From an archaeon (GTDB taxonomy: Archaea > Nanobdellota > Nanobdellia > Pacearchaeales > GW2011-AR1): a DNA stretch of 54,255 bases. Below the pieces are notes generated by a model. The model ran no database searches. It saw only the letters and a program-made list of their open reading frames with translations, and had not been told where the DNA came from. How positions within the stretch are numbered: position 1 is the first letter of the stretch; each line of letters begins with the position of its first letter. This document shows, piece by piece, positions 43,975-54,255 of this stretch. The position numbers and the translations under genes were made by a program. Location of the stretch: positions 1 through 54,255 of the forward strand of contig JBDRNU010000011.1 of the NCBI GenBank assembly GCA_043810775.1. Direction: 5' to 3'.

Positions 43975-44772
43975 ATGAAGTCAATATTTAACAAAAAAAG
44001 AATCTTAGCACTATTTTCACTAGCTATAGCTTTTATTCCCATATACTTAATAATTTCAGTGCCTGCAATTACAGCTATTCAGGACAATTATATTCAGGGA
44101 GCTCATAGAGGCTCTTCTGTCGATTACATAGAAAACACACTTGAAGCATTTGAAGCAGCCCTCACTAATAATAAATACCAGTATATAGAATTTGATGTTA
44201 CTATAACTTCTGACGGAAAGCTAGTAGTTATTCATCAGAATAACCTACTTAGAATCCCAAAAAAATTTATGATTATATCTGAACATACATATGAAGAAAT
44301 TGAAGAAGCCTTTGATTTTGAAGTTCCAGAATACAGCCAAGTAATGAACCTTGTTGCAGGAAAAAAGCCGCTTAATATTGAAATAAAAAATCACGGAAGC
44401 ATAGAAGAAGGAATTGAAATTGCAGACTTGATAATTCATGATTGCATTGAAAGAGGAATTCTCAATCAAGTATTAATAAGCTCTCCTTGTGAAGAAGTAC
44501 TCGAATATATAGAAGCAGAACATCCAGAAATAAACACAGGTAGAGTATACTGGATAACTTTTGACTCAATTATCCCATATGAAAGTAGCGTGGAAAAATT
44601 CTGCCAGTCTACAGTAGCAGATTATTTTATAATTCACGGTTATAATATTTATAATTACAACTTAATTAAAAAGTGCATGCCTAAAGACAAAGGCCTAATA
44701 ATCTGGTATTTTACAGACGAAGCTTATATTATTACAAACGATTGCAAAGGTGAATTTTGGGGATGTTCATAG
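43975..44772 (+). CDS. Glycerophosphodiester phosphodiesterase family, N-anchored
   Basis: AHRG, ENTLEAF, IEFDV, DGKLVVIH, NIEIK; N-terminal TM. Confidence 0.87.
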   Translation: MKSIFNKKRILALFSLAIAFIPIYLIISVPAITAIQDNYIQGAHRGSSVDYIENTLEAFEAALTNNKYQYIEFDVTITSDGKLVVIHQNNLLRIPKKFMIISEHTYEEIEEAFDFEVPEYSQVMNLVAGKKPLNIEIKNHGSIEEGIEIADLIIHDCIERGILNQVLISSPCEEVLEYIEAEHPEINTGRVYWITFDSIIPYESSVEKFCQSTVADYFIIHGYNIYNYNLIKKCMPKDKGLIIWYFTDEAYIITNDCKGEFWGCS

Positions 44773-45250
44773 CAAATTATTTAAACTTCAACTGCTCCTG
44801 ATAATTATGAGCAGTTTATCAGACTATATAGATTCTCAAATAAAAGCTAAACAAGAGCACAATAAAAAAATAGAGCTGGCAAGAAGAATAAGAAGCAATA
44901 TAGAAATAACAAAAACTCTTTCTGAAAAAGATATGAAAAGAAGAAACCTCCTTGATGAGGGAGGTCCTTTGGCTTTTCTAAATAATTATGATCACTGCCT
45001 TGAAAATGAAAGAATAGACCCATTATACTGTGCATTAAGTAGAGTGTGGGATATTACAGATAATGATAAATCATACATAGGACACAATCCATATATAACT
45101 GCAAGAATACACGATTTAAGAGAGAGAATACAAAACAGAACAATTACTCAGCAGGAATATGAAAGCCTGGTTGGGAAAAATCCTGAACAACTAGCTGAGA
45201 AGTTCCGCAATGAATCAGCATTTGAGAGTGAAAAAGTATTAGTGCACTAA
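44750..45250 (+). CDS. Hypothetical protein
   Basis: 166-aa ORF; real start probably at MSSLSDY; no motif. Confidence 0.55.
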   Translation: MNFGDVHSKLFKLQLLLIIMSSLSDYIDSQIKAKQEHNKKIELARRIRSNIEITKTLSEKDMKRRNLLDEGGPLAFLNNYDHCLENERIDPLYCALSRVWDITDNDKSYIGHNPYITARIHDLRERIQNRTITQQEYESLVGKNPEQLAEKFRNESAFESEKVLVH

Positions 45251-46470
45251 AATAAACTTTTTTGAACTTCTTTATCTAAAATCTGCCCATACTCGCCGTC
45301 ATAACCTGGCTTTATCTTTAAATTTGCAATCCTGTTATCAATTATTAATTTTGCAAGCTTTTCATTAAATCCATCTTTTATCAGTTCTTGCTTATCTACC
45401 TCAAGCAAAACTTTAAATTCATTTCCATATTTCTCAATTAAATTATTATAAACTGTCCAGGTCTTATTGCTGGCAATGCCTGACTTAATAGAAAAAGAAA
45501 TTAATTCATGAAGAGGAATTAACTTATAAAAAGGTTTGGCATTTTTAGGCATAAATCCTACTGGATTTTCAGCTAGTTCCCTCACCCTATAATCCACCCC
45601 AATAGTAAGCTTCTGCTTACATTTTGGACAAATACCTCCTAACTTACTAGTCTCTTCTGGAGAACAAGAAAAATCACAATTTCTATGCCCATCCCAATGA
45701 TACCTCCCATAAGCAGGTTCAGTTTCAATAGTAGCAAGAAAACTCCCTTGTCTAATTTGACTCAATATCCCCCTATAACTTAACTCTTTCCCTTCCTCTA
45801 ATTTAAAAATAGTGCTCTCCCTTCCAATCCTCCAGGGCCAAAAGCTATGCATGTCAGAAAAACTTATAATACTCTTTCCTTCCAAAAATTTAAATCTCCA
45901 TAACATTTCAGGGTCAGCTGACATTCCAGATTCAACTGCATGAATTTTATCAGTCTTTTCTTTGAAGCACTCCTTTAAACTATCAAACCCGCTCTTGCTT
46001 CCAAAAATTCCAAACCAAGGAGTCATGCAATGAGCAGGTATAATCTCAATATCCTCAGATATACTACTCATAGCCTCTACAAGCTCTATGCTAGAAAAAC
46101 CAAAAATAGGCCTCCCATCATAATCCAACCTTCCTTTAGTTCCTAAGAATTCAGTTATCTGAGAAACTACCTCTCTACTAGGGGCTAAAATAACATGATG
46201 TATTCTTCTCCCCCTGCCATCCTGCGAATACATTAATGAAATTTCAGTCTGCCATATAAGAGGGAATCCAGATTTAGTATAAACTATCCCATTTCTTTCA
46301 TCTAAGCTGTCCAGCTCTTTTCTCCATAATTGATGCTGGAAATCTCCTGTTCCTAATAATCCTAAACCCTTAATTTTAGCATACTTCTCTAAATTATCAA
46401 GGCTAATCTGCTTGCTGCAAGCTCTTGCGTATTTAGAGTGTATATGAAGATCAGCTATCACCCTATCCAT
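45247..46470 (-). CDS. PHP-domain endonuclease Q-like protein
   Basis: DLHIHSKYARA, GTGDF, PAHCMTPWF, SDMHS, GRE, GRYHWDGHRNC, CPKC, GVDYRV, PGYDGEYG. Confidence 0.88.
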   Translation of the reverse strand: MDRVIADLHIHSKYARACSKQISLDNLEKYAKIKGLGLLGTGDFQHQLWRKELDSLDERNGIVYTKSGFPLIWQTEISLMYSQDGRGRRIHHVILAPSREVVSQITEFLGTKGRLDYDGRPIFGFSSIELVEAMSSISEDIEIIPAHCMTPWFGIFGSKSGFDSLKECFKEKTDKIHAVESGMSADPEMLWRFKFLEGKSIISFSDMHSFWPWRIGRESTIFKLEEGKELSYRGILSQIRQGSFLATIETEPAYGRYHWDGHRNCDFSCSPEETSKLGGICPKCKQKLTIGVDYRVRELAENPVGFMPKNAKPFYKLIPLHELISFSIKSGIASNKTWTVYNNLIEKYGNEFKVLLEVDKQELIKDGFNEKLAKLIIDNRIANLKIKPGYDGEYGQILDKEVQKSLF

Positions 46471-46540
46471 AAAAAAAACAAGAAAAAGCTTGTATTTAAG
46501 TTTTGTTAATATTTTTAAACTTTAAAAAACACTGAATCTA

Positions 46541-47632
46541 ATGGAAAAAAAGGTGACTATACTAATTCTCATCTTAGCAGTTGTAATTGTAACTATACTA
46601 ATTATTTTAAGCATAACCTCTCCCCAGTTCTCACCTTCAAACTCAAATCTCGAAGAATGTAAAACTCTAGAATATAATGGGGAAAATAAAATAAATATAG
46701 TATTTTTTTCTGACAAGCAAACAGCACAAAAATATTCAGATTACTTTCTTGAAATAAGCCCATTCAATCAAAATAAAAATAGCTTTAATTTTTTTTATAT
46801 TGATTCTTATATTCCAAAATGTGAGCTCTATAAGGGAATTGCAATACTATGCTACTCTAACGAACTAATCAAAAAAGCATCATCCTGTCCAAATGATTAT
46901 ATTGTAGTAATTCGTGATGAAGAGCAAAAAATAAGAAGCTCAGCTTATATGAATGTCATGAGTCTCAATTCTCGCTATCCACTTGCAGTATTTCCTCATG
47001 AATTCGGGCACGCATTCCTAACTCTTGCAGAAGAGTATGTTCCTGCTTCTCTTCCTGATAATCCTAAAAACTGCTTTCAAAACTGTGAGGAATTTACAAT
47101 AAAGGAGGGGTGCTATCAAGGTTGTTCAGAAAGTAATTATTTTAGATCCATAGATAATGGAATTATGCGTACACTAAACTCAGAGTCATTTGGAAATTTT
47201 AATGAACAGCTATTTGAATCTAAAATTAACTCACTATCTAAAATAACTGCTGCTGCAGTGCAAGAATTTATCGATTGCACTAACCAAAAATACTTTCTGA
47301 TAAAAGGACAGATTATCAGCAATGAGATAACTATTCTAGAAAAAACAATTGAAACTGGATGTGTAGGTGGGAATGGGGCAGGAAGCTTTAATTTTACTAT
47401 TATAAAAACAACTGGTGAAGAAATTCAAGGAAGTGATTTTAATCCTGGAGAGGTCTTCACTGACAGCTATTTCGAGCAAGAATTAAGTGGAGAGATTATA
47501 CCTTACGAAATTTTTATACTAAAAGTCCAAATAATAGAAAATCCAAAATCACTGGAAATTTACAAAGCAGGTGAAAAAATTAGTGAAATAAATTTAGAGG
47601 AAATCGGCTCTTACCCTTGTAAAAATGAATGA
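46541..47632 (+). CDS. Membrane-anchored zincin-like protein
   Basis: N-terminal TM; HEFGHAFLTLAEEY, resembling M64-type metallopeptidases; Cys cluster. Confidence 0.7.
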   Translation: MEKKVTILILILAVVIVTILIILSITSPQFSPSNSNLEECKTLEYNGENKINIVFFSDKQTAQKYSDYFLEISPFNQNKNSFNFFYIDSYIPKCELYKGIAILCYSNELIKKASSCPNDYIVVIRDEEQKIRSSAYMNVMSLNSRYPLAVFPHEFGHAFLTLAEEYVPASLPDNPKNCFQNCEEFTIKEGCYQGCSESNYFRSIDNGIMRTLNSESFGNFNEQLFESKINSLSKITAAAVQEFIDCTNQKYFLIKGQIISNEITILEKTIETGCVGGNGAGSFNFTIIKTTGEEIQGSDFNPGEVFTDSYFEQELSGEIIPYEIFILKVQIIENPKSLEIYKAGEKISEINLEEIGSYPCKNE

Positions 47633-48065
47633 TAAAGCATCATCTACAGTTGTAGTAAATATACTTCTAATCCTAATAGTAACTAGCATGATATTCTTAG
47701 TAGGCACAATAATAAGTAAAATATCAAAAAACCAAATCCTATTATCACCTGAAGATTCTTGCCTTGATTTCCAGCTTTCTAGTGAAGTTACAATAAAAAA
47801 TTTGTGTATAAATGAATCTTCTAATAAGCTTATAGTGACTCTTGAGAGAAAAGCTACAAATCAAAATATTAAATCGCTGGATTTTATTATCAGCTCCGGT
47901 ACAGAAAGCTTAAAATGGTCTTGCAAATCTTCTTGTAATTCTTGTAAGGTACTTGACTTTGGAACAAAAAATTATTATCTGAACTTAGAAGGAATAAATG
48001 CCAACTCTTTGTCACTAGCAATTAACAACTGCCCAACTGAGACTAAAGAAATAAAAAGCTGCTAA
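47625..48065 (+). CDS. Pilin-like small secreted protein
   Basis: MNDKASSTVVVNILLILIV resembles a class III signal; paired Cys. Confidence 0.55.
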   Translation: MNDKASSTVVVNILLILIVTSMIFLVGTIISKISKNQILLSPEDSCLDFQLSSEVTIKNLCINESSNKLIVTLERKATNQNIKSLDFIISSGTESLKWSCKSSCNSCKVLDFGTKNYYLNLEGINANSLSLAINNCPTETKEIKSC

Positions 48066-51000
48066 GCAAAACCTAAAAATAATTTTTTTCTCCTAACCTG
48101 CCTAATTCCTATTACTACTATTACTAGTGCTAAAACTCCTATAGCTGCCCATAAAACTATAGTCCAATTTAGTTCTAAATTCAATCCAGAAATATCTGGT
48201 TCTCCTCCAACTACCTCTCCAGTAATATCTCCTTGTTCTGGAAGAATTTCAGGAGTAAAATCAGGCACCTTATCAGTAGCTGGCACTCCTCCACCACCTC
48301 CACCAGCACCACTACCGCCTCCGCCTCCACTATCATCATCTCCGCCACTTGGGGCTGGATTTCCATCCTCATCCCAGGTAGAGAACTCACAATATGGAAT
48401 TTCCCATATGCAATTTGAAGCATCTAGCAAAGTAGCTTCAACAGTCCTGTCCTGGCAATTATCTCCATTATCATCACACTGGTACAAATGATCACAAGTT
48501 CCTGAAGAAGGTATCTTAACTATGCATCTCTCAGGATGCAATGTATTAATTATTTTATCTCTTGATTTTGATGAAAGCCCTACCTCTCCAGTGCTTTCTG
48601 AAATCACATCTCCTGTTCCTGAAATATTTCTTGCCTTATCATTTAATATAGTCTTAGTTAAAGTTACATTAATAAACTCAATATAGCTATTGCCATCGCT
48701 CTTAGCCAGCTTAACATTAGCACCTCTAGCATCAGTATAATTTGTCTTCATTCCAGCTTGAGGCCCGCATACCTGCCCCTGCACATGGTCATAAGTTCCA
48801 TTCTGATTAAGATCATAACTAACAACCCACGAACTTGGAACTTTCAGTGTTGTGACAAAATCACAATAAGGACACTTAGTTACAGATGAAGTAATAAAAC
48901 TTGAACACTTGCTTACTCCACACTTGCCACCAGAATCACAAACCCTTAATTTATAATAATAAGTAGTATCATTATCTAAGGCATATCCTAAAGAATTACT
49001 TCCTTCATAAACCCTAGCATGATGCCACAGCTTATACTCTCTCACAGTGTTATTTTTCAAAATACCTACATCATATACTGTTGCATTTAAAGATAAACAG
49101 TCTGAATCATTTTTATAAAACAATAAAGTGCCGTTTGTAAGTTTATTAGTATCATACATTATCAAAGCGCTGTCAGGATATTCCTCAATCTTAACTCCAG
49201 TTACAGTTGGACTGCTTGTATCAACATAACCAGCGGCATTTACCCCAGTACTTGAGCATATAGTAGCATACTCACAATCCCAATCAGCACAATCAGTATT
49301 TCCATCACTATCATCATCAATACTATTCCAACAATCTTCATACTGCGCAAAACCAAACCTTAAAACATCTTCAAATTTAGCAGTATCAGTTCCATAATTT
49401 GACATTCCTTGTAAATCAAAATCAATGCTTCCAGGAGTTATCCATCCAGGACCAGCCACATCAGAAGGATTAGTTGCATTATGGCTTGCATCTGAAATAG
49501 TTACAAATACTCTCAAGTCAGCAGTAGAATCATATAATGTGGGGAACTTAACTAAATCTGCCTTATCAACCGCAATCATAGGCCCTCCAATCTCACTGCA
49601 CATCTTCTGCTTCCATGCACTAATCTTAATATCAGTAGCTTTCCAATTTGAATTCTCGCATTTATACGCATTAAATGTCTCTACTGTCTTGCTTGTATTT
49701 GAATTCCACTCTGCAGCATATCTAAATCTAAACTCAAATCCGCTAATAGTGCTGTTAAAATCGCATCCTTCAGCTGAATCTCCATCTGCATCTAAATAAA
49801 CCATAAACTTAACTGTCTCATTTCCAGTTCCTATCTTATCAACTGAATCATATCCCCCTCCACCCATTGCCCCCATAACATGAGAAGTTATTTTCTCTTT
49901 ATTGCAAATAGAAGCATTAGTAAAATCTTTAACACCTGCTCCAATACCCCAAGCATCCTGCATGTCCTTCATTCCAAATCCACATAAATCAGCATGTGCA
50001 CTGCCAGTCTCACTGCCATCACAAACATCCATTCCCAAAGGAACAGAGCCTCCTTTTTCCATATTATCAAACATATCCATCATTCCAGCTGAATTACACC
50101 ATCCTGTAATCCATCTGCACGCAGAATTATTAGTAGCAGTATTATTAACTCCTAAGCATCCTGCTTGAGTGCTTGCAGAAAAACAAGCTGGCTCGCAATT
50201 TCCCCAGCTAGTAGAATTACAATAAGGATTAGCATTGCAATCATCTTCCCAATTAGCATTATTTCCCCAACTTTGTAAGCTCTCATTATTCCAGCACTGA
50301 TCTAATAAATTCATGCACCATCCAGCACTATATCCCCACTCATCAGTATCCCAGAAACATCCTGAATTTATGCACTCAGTATCATTATAATGCTGCCAGC
50401 AGTTTTGATTCCAATCTACCTGGCACTCTGGGCTTGGAGAAGCAGACCATCCACAACTAATATTAATTAAACTCTTATTAGTGCATACTGCCTGATTACC
50501 ATCATATTTATAACATTCACCACCCATTCCACCCATACCACCCCCTCCAGCAACTGCACCTGAATTAAAACCTCCCTCTTTAGGATCACACCATCCGCTT
50601 GATTTCCATCTGCATCCCTCAGTAGCTAAACAAGCTTCAGAATCATGCCAGTTAGTTGTATTAGAACAAGCATCAAAATAATCTTCTTCACACCACCCAT
50701 TTTCCTCTTTCCAATAACACCCATTAGCACTGTCACATAAATCTGCACTCTGGCTGTTAGTTGAATTAAAACATAACGGCTGGCAATTTCCTGTACCCCC
50801 ATAACTGCAAATTTTATTTCCATCATTATCCCTAACATTCAAACAATTTGCTTCCTGGTTATAATAATTCCAGCACTGATCCATCTGCTCCCTACACCAA
50901 CCACCCCAACTATCAGAAGACCAGTTGCAACCTGCACTAATGCACGAATCTCCATCATAATAATTCCAGCATTGCGTAAAATTCATTTCACAGTGAGGCT

Positions 51001-53782
51001 GGCTCCACTCATCAGTATGCCAACGACATCCATCAACGCCACTGCACAAATCTGATGACTGCTGATATTGCCAACAATCCTGATGTTGGAAAGAATTATA
51101 CTCGCACCATCCTCCCCACTCACCTAAACACCACTCTGTATTAGCTCCTTCACCATTACACCAAGTATCATTCTTCCATACACAATCACTTACACCAGTA
51201 CATCCAGTCCTATTCAAACCCATACACGCATCACCCATACTCCAATTAACCTCACACCAAGGCTCGCCGGTCCCATTAGTCCATTTACAATTAGTATTTG
51301 AATTGCAAGTTGCCTCTCCTGAATCATATCTCCAGCACTGACTTCCTTTAAAGTCACACCAAGCTCCCCACTTATCCGCAACCCACTCACAACCTGCAGA
51401 TGTACAGCTAGAATTATCACTCCACCCAAAACAATCTCCTTCAACTAAACCACAAAATGAATCAGTATAACAAGCAGGATCACCACAATCTATCAATCCA
51501 TCACCATCATTATCAGTGCCATCCCAACATATCTCAACATCCTCCCCTATATTAGGTACACAAGTTAAACTACCATCTTGCCACATACAGCTTCCTGAAA
51601 CATTTGAAACAGAAGTTCTTCCTAAATTCTGGCAATTAGTCTGGCTATTGCATCTATCACAAGCATCCTCACAAGTTTTCTCCCCCTTATTTACACAATA
51701 ACCTCCCTCATTAGTAGAATTATCAATAACCCATTTACACCCACCACCCCCAGAATTTGCATTACTCTGCCTGCAATAGTAAGCTGGTTTTTGTTCAGTA
51801 CTATTACTAGTAGAATCTCCCATATAAGTACAAGCCCCACAATCAGAATTACAGTCAGTTGCAACTCCTTTTCTAAACTGGTCCTTTGCCTTACAGTATC
51901 CAATTCCATTTGGAGCATTTGTATTAGCTGTAAACTCGCAGTATCCTAAATATGATGAACTGCAAGCAATCTCAGCGTTGCTAGAATTAACCTGCTGTCC
52001 TGGACCTATACTATAAATTGTGGGAATTCCTGCACCAGTATACTGCTCACAAGCAAAACAAGCTTTATCACAGCTTGTCTCTTCATCAAATTTATACTCA
52101 CATCTTCCAGTAGTAACAGAAATATTCCCTTCACAATAACTCTCAACTACCCATTTTCCTCCAGCTGCCTTGCAATTCATCTGATTATCAATCTTAGCAA
52201 AGTTCTGTGTTCCATTTCCAAATACATCAGTTGTTTTAAACTGGCATCTTTCTGTAGCATTATTCCACTGGCACGGAAGATAATAAGGATCTCCTGCTAT
52301 CTGCTCACATAAAGCTCTATCTGTAAAAGCATTATAATCTTCACAAAATGTCGCTCCTGCAGGAAGATTATTTTGGAAACTATCCCAACAGCTTCCCCCC
52401 ATTTTTTCAGCACAAGTACCATTTTGCCATACACAACAACTAGAAAGTACACCCATATTATTACATAATCTAGAATCTGCAACTAAACTGCAATTAATTC
52501 CATTTGAAGTTATATCAGAATAAAAATCATGTGTCTGATTAGCCATACAAGCATTATTAGTTGAATTTTCACAGCCAGTAATTAAACCACAATTTGACAA
52601 ATTAGCATCAAAAACCCAGCATCCAGGATTCCATCCACTAAACATTCCTGCATTATCATAATCTCCAGTTCCCCATTCAGGATTCTTGCAATATCCTCCT
52701 AAAGAAGGATTGCTCCAATCAGAATATTCCCACCAACAATAATATGAATCCATGCACTCTCTTTCGGTAGTATAATTAGAACAAGTAGTTGTTGAAAAAT
52801 CCATAAAGCAACATCCTCCACCACCTCCACAATTCTCATCCCAAAAACAATTCAATCCGTAAAGAGTTGCGTTTCCTTCACATGCTCCCTGAGTTCCACC
52901 ATTCCAACTATCCCAACTCCAACAATTTACCTCTTCACAATATCCTGAAGAAGAATAAGAACTCCAGACACACTCATTTTCAGCCTCGCAAGTATTCTGG
53001 TCATAATTACTCCAACAATCTTTAGTCATGCACCAAGTTCCATCCCAAGTACAGCTCTTATTATAAGTATTATTTACGCACGTAGCTGCAGTAGTCCTGT
53101 CCCAGTTCCAACACTGAATCTCTTCACAACCATAACCAGTCCATCTACATCCAAAAGTTGCAGCATTACATGCTGTCTGATTATTATACTTGTTATTCCA
53201 GCACCTATCTTCTTCACACCATCCTGCATTATTCCAAGTACAATTTCTTCCTTCCCAATCCTTTCCAGCCCTGCAAGTACTATCATTATTATAATTCCAG
53301 CATCCCTGATCATAACAACTCCCCCAACTACATCCAGTTACATTTAAACAAGAAGAAGTAGTAGTCTTATTCCAACATGCAAGATCTTGATCCCAAGAAG
53401 CAGTCTGCCGGCAATAATCATCCCACTGACAATTCAAACCTTTAGAATTATTTACACAGGTATTTGCATTAGTTCCTTCAAAAATCCAGCAACTAGCCCT
53501 ATTGCAAGAAGACATTGCAGAAGAGTCACGCCAAGTGCAGTTTTTTCCAGGAATATTTGCTACCTGGCAATCATCCATATTATTATAATTCCAACATCCC
53601 TTAGTCTCACACCAAGCTCCCCAAGAATCAGCTCTCCAATTACAAGACTCATCAGTATCTCCAGTACAACCAGCTTCAGTAGACTGCTCCCAGCAGTAAG
53701 CCGCTACACTAACAGATAATAAAATGCCTAAAATTAAAAATAATCCAGCTAAAAGATATAATTTACTTTTCATTCTCACCAA
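48062..53782 (-). CDS. 1906-aa Cys/Trp-rich cell-surface protein
   Basis: Signal peptide; many C-x-W...(W)GGWC repeats; two ExCxxxxD(N/D)DxDGxxDCxDxxC motifs; Fn3-like domain; Gly linker; C-terminal TM plus RRKK. Confidence 0.85.
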   Translation of the reverse strand: MVRMKSKLYLLAGLFLILGILLSVSVAAYCWEQSTEAGCTGDTDESCNWRADSWGAWCETKGCWNYNNMDDCQVANIPGKNCTWRDSSAMSSCNRASCWIFEGTNANTCVNNSKGLNCQWDDYCRQTASWDQDLACWNKTTTSSCLNVTGCSWGSCYDQGCWNYNNDSTCRAGKDWEGRNCTWNNAGWCEEDRCWNNKYNNQTACNAATFGCRWTGYGCEEIQCWNWDRTTAATCVNNTYNKSCTWDGTWCMTKDCWSNYDQNTCEAENECVWSSYSSSGYCEEVNCWSWDSWNGGTQGACEGNATLYGLNCFWDENCGGGGGCCFMDFSTTTCSNYTTERECMDSYYCWWEYSDWSNPSLGGYCKNPEWGTGDYDNAGMFSGWNPGCWVFDANLSNCGLITGCENSTNNACMANQTHDFYSDITSNGINCSLVADSRLCNNMGVLSSCCVWQNGTCAEKMGGSCWDSFQNNLPAGATFCEDYNAFTDRALCEQIAGDPYYLPCQWNNATERCQFKTTDVFGNGTQNFAKIDNQMNCKAAGGKWVVESYCEGNISVTTGRCEYKFDEETSCDKACFACEQYTGAGIPTIYSIGPGQQVNSSNAEIACSSSYLGYCEFTANTNAPNGIGYCKAKDQFRKGVATDCNSDCGACTYMGDSTSNSTEQKPAYYCRQSNANSGGGGCKWVIDNSTNEGGYCVNKGEKTCEDACDRCNSQTNCQNLGRTSVSNVSGSCMWQDGSLTCVPNIGEDVEICWDGTDNDGDGLIDCGDPACYTDSFCGLVEGDCFGWSDNSSCTSAGCEWVADKWGAWCDFKGSQCWRYDSGEATCNSNTNCKWTNGTGEPWCEVNWSMGDACMGLNRTGCTGVSDCVWKNDTWCNGEGANTEWCLGEWGGWCEYNSFQHQDCWQYQQSSDLCSGVDGCRWHTDEWSQPHCEMNFTQCWNYYDGDSCISAGCNWSSDSWGGWCREQMDQCWNYYNQEANCLNVRDNDGNKICSYGGTGNCQPLCFNSTNSQSADLCDSANGCYWKEENGWCEEDYFDACSNTTNWHDSEACLATEGCRWKSSGWCDPKEGGFNSGAVAGGGGMGGMGGECYKYDGNQAVCTNKSLINISCGWSASPSPECQVDWNQNCWQHYNDTECINSGCFWDTDEWGYSAGWCMNLLDQCWNNESLQSWGNNANWEDDCNANPYCNSTSWGNCEPACFSASTQAGCLGVNNTATNNSACRWITGWCNSAGMMDMFDNMEKGGSVPLGMDVCDGSETGSAHADLCGFGMKDMQDAWGIGAGVKDFTNASICNKEKITSHVMGAMGGGGYDSVDKIGTGNETVKFMVYLDADGDSAEGCDFNSTISGFEFRFRYAAEWNSNTSKTVETFNAYKCENSNWKATDIKISAWKQKMCSEIGGPMIAVDKADLVKFPTLYDSTADLRVFVTISDASHNATNPSDVAGPGWITPGSIDFDLQGMSNYGTDTAKFEDVLRFGFAQYEDCWNSIDDDSDGNTDCADWDCEYATICSSTGVNAAGYVDTSSPTVTGVKIEEYPDSALIMYDTNKLTNGTLLFYKNDSDCLSLNATVYDVGILKNNTVREYKLWHHARVYEGSNSLGYALDNDTTYYYKLRVCDSGGKCGVSKCSSFITSSVTKCPYCDFVTTLKVPSSWVVSYDLNQNGTYDHVQGQVCGPQAGMKTNYTDARGANVKLAKSDGNSYIEFINVTLTKTILNDKARNISGTGDVISESTGEVGLSSKSRDKIINTLHPERCIVKIPSSGTCDHLYQCDDNGDNCQDRTVEATLLDASNCIWEIPYCEFSTWDEDGNPAPSGGDDDSGGGGGSGAGGGGGGVPATDKVPDFTPEILPEQGDITGEVVGGEPDISGLNLELNWTIVLWAAIGVLALVIVVIGIRQVRRKKLFLGFA

Positions 53783-53869
53783 TTTTTAATATATATACAT
53801 TATTTACTCATTTATAAAGTTTTCGAAAACTGAGCATAAATTTAAAAATAAGAAAAATTTCTAATCTTC

Positions 53870-54255
53870 ATGAAAATTGAAAAAACTCTTGTGCTAATGA
53901 AGCCTGATGCTGTCCAGCGATGTATAGTAGGAAGAATTCTTGCTAGATTCGAAGATGCTGGCTTGAAAATAATTGCAATGAAAATGGCTTGGGTTGATAA
54001 AAGCTTCGCAGAAAAGCACTACCGCGATATAAAAGAGCGCTATGATAAAAGAATTCTTGATAATTTAACTGCCTATCTTCGTGAAGGTCCTGTAATTGCC
54101 CTAGTTCTCGAAGGAATTGAAGCAATTAAAATTGTCAGAAAGCTCGTAGGAGAAACTCCCTACCCAGATGAATGCTCTCCAGGCACTATTCGCGGAGATT
54201 TTGCTCACATTTCAAAAGTCTATGCTAATAAGCATGAAAAAAAAGTAGGCAATCT
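53870..54255 (+). CDS. ndk: Nucleoside diphosphate kinase (partial, runs off the right edge)
   Basis: Manually translated MKIEKTLVLMKPDAVQRCIVGRILARFEDAGLK...PGTIRGDF. Confidence 0.93.
   Translation, partial: MKIEKTLVLMKPDAVQRCIVGRILARFEDAGLKIIAMKMAWVDKSFAEKHYRDIKERYDKRILDNLTAYLREGPVIALVLEGIEAIKIVRKLVGETPYPDECSPGTIRGDFAHISKVYANKHEKKVGN

Noticed and set aside
48211-53719. Short nested and antisense ORFs in the giant gene, and similar ones in other CDSs
   Set aside because: Alternative-frame shadows of long coding genes with no motifs.
53943-54125. 60-aa minus-strand ORF
   Set aside because: Antisense to ndk.

Overview
AT-rich archaeal chromosome segment, most consistent with a DPANN (Pacearchaeota/Woesearchaeota-like) genome. 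Markers: eL42/L44e, eS1/S3Ae, GINS, aIF2-alpha, Nop10, Bud32 and tRNAs with BHB introns. Housekeeping flanks (1-7.2 kb and 38-54 kb) enclose a ~31 kb accessory region (7236-37872) lying between ftsY and srp54/ffh, with no recognisable integrase, transposase or capsid gene. Its core is a ~20 kb minus-strand run of 25 almost entirely overlapping ORFs. The run starts with a degenerate LDH-like/beta-rich protein, a PP2C phosphatase and a Hanks-type Ser/Thr kinase. These are followed by 22 cassette-like genes combining a few interchangeable N-terminal leaders with a few body families. Leaders: an acidic amphipathic NLE(E/Q)ELxEL helix (13 ORFs, one of them a 29-aa leader-only ORF), a lipoprotein signal and a Sec signal. 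Bodies: a PY(T/S)GE family with a hypervariable hydrophobic insert, TPR, a PA-IL-like lectin, a small alpha/beta family and coiled coils. Beside the run lie a divergent TrmB regulator, a 20-bp operator-like site present three times, two AAA+ ATPases, a coiled-coil transglutaminase-like protein and a PD-(D/E)XK nuclease. This is the best candidate for an undescribed system, possibly for host interaction or cargo export; function is inference only. A 1906-aa Cys/Trp-rich surface protein lies near the right end.
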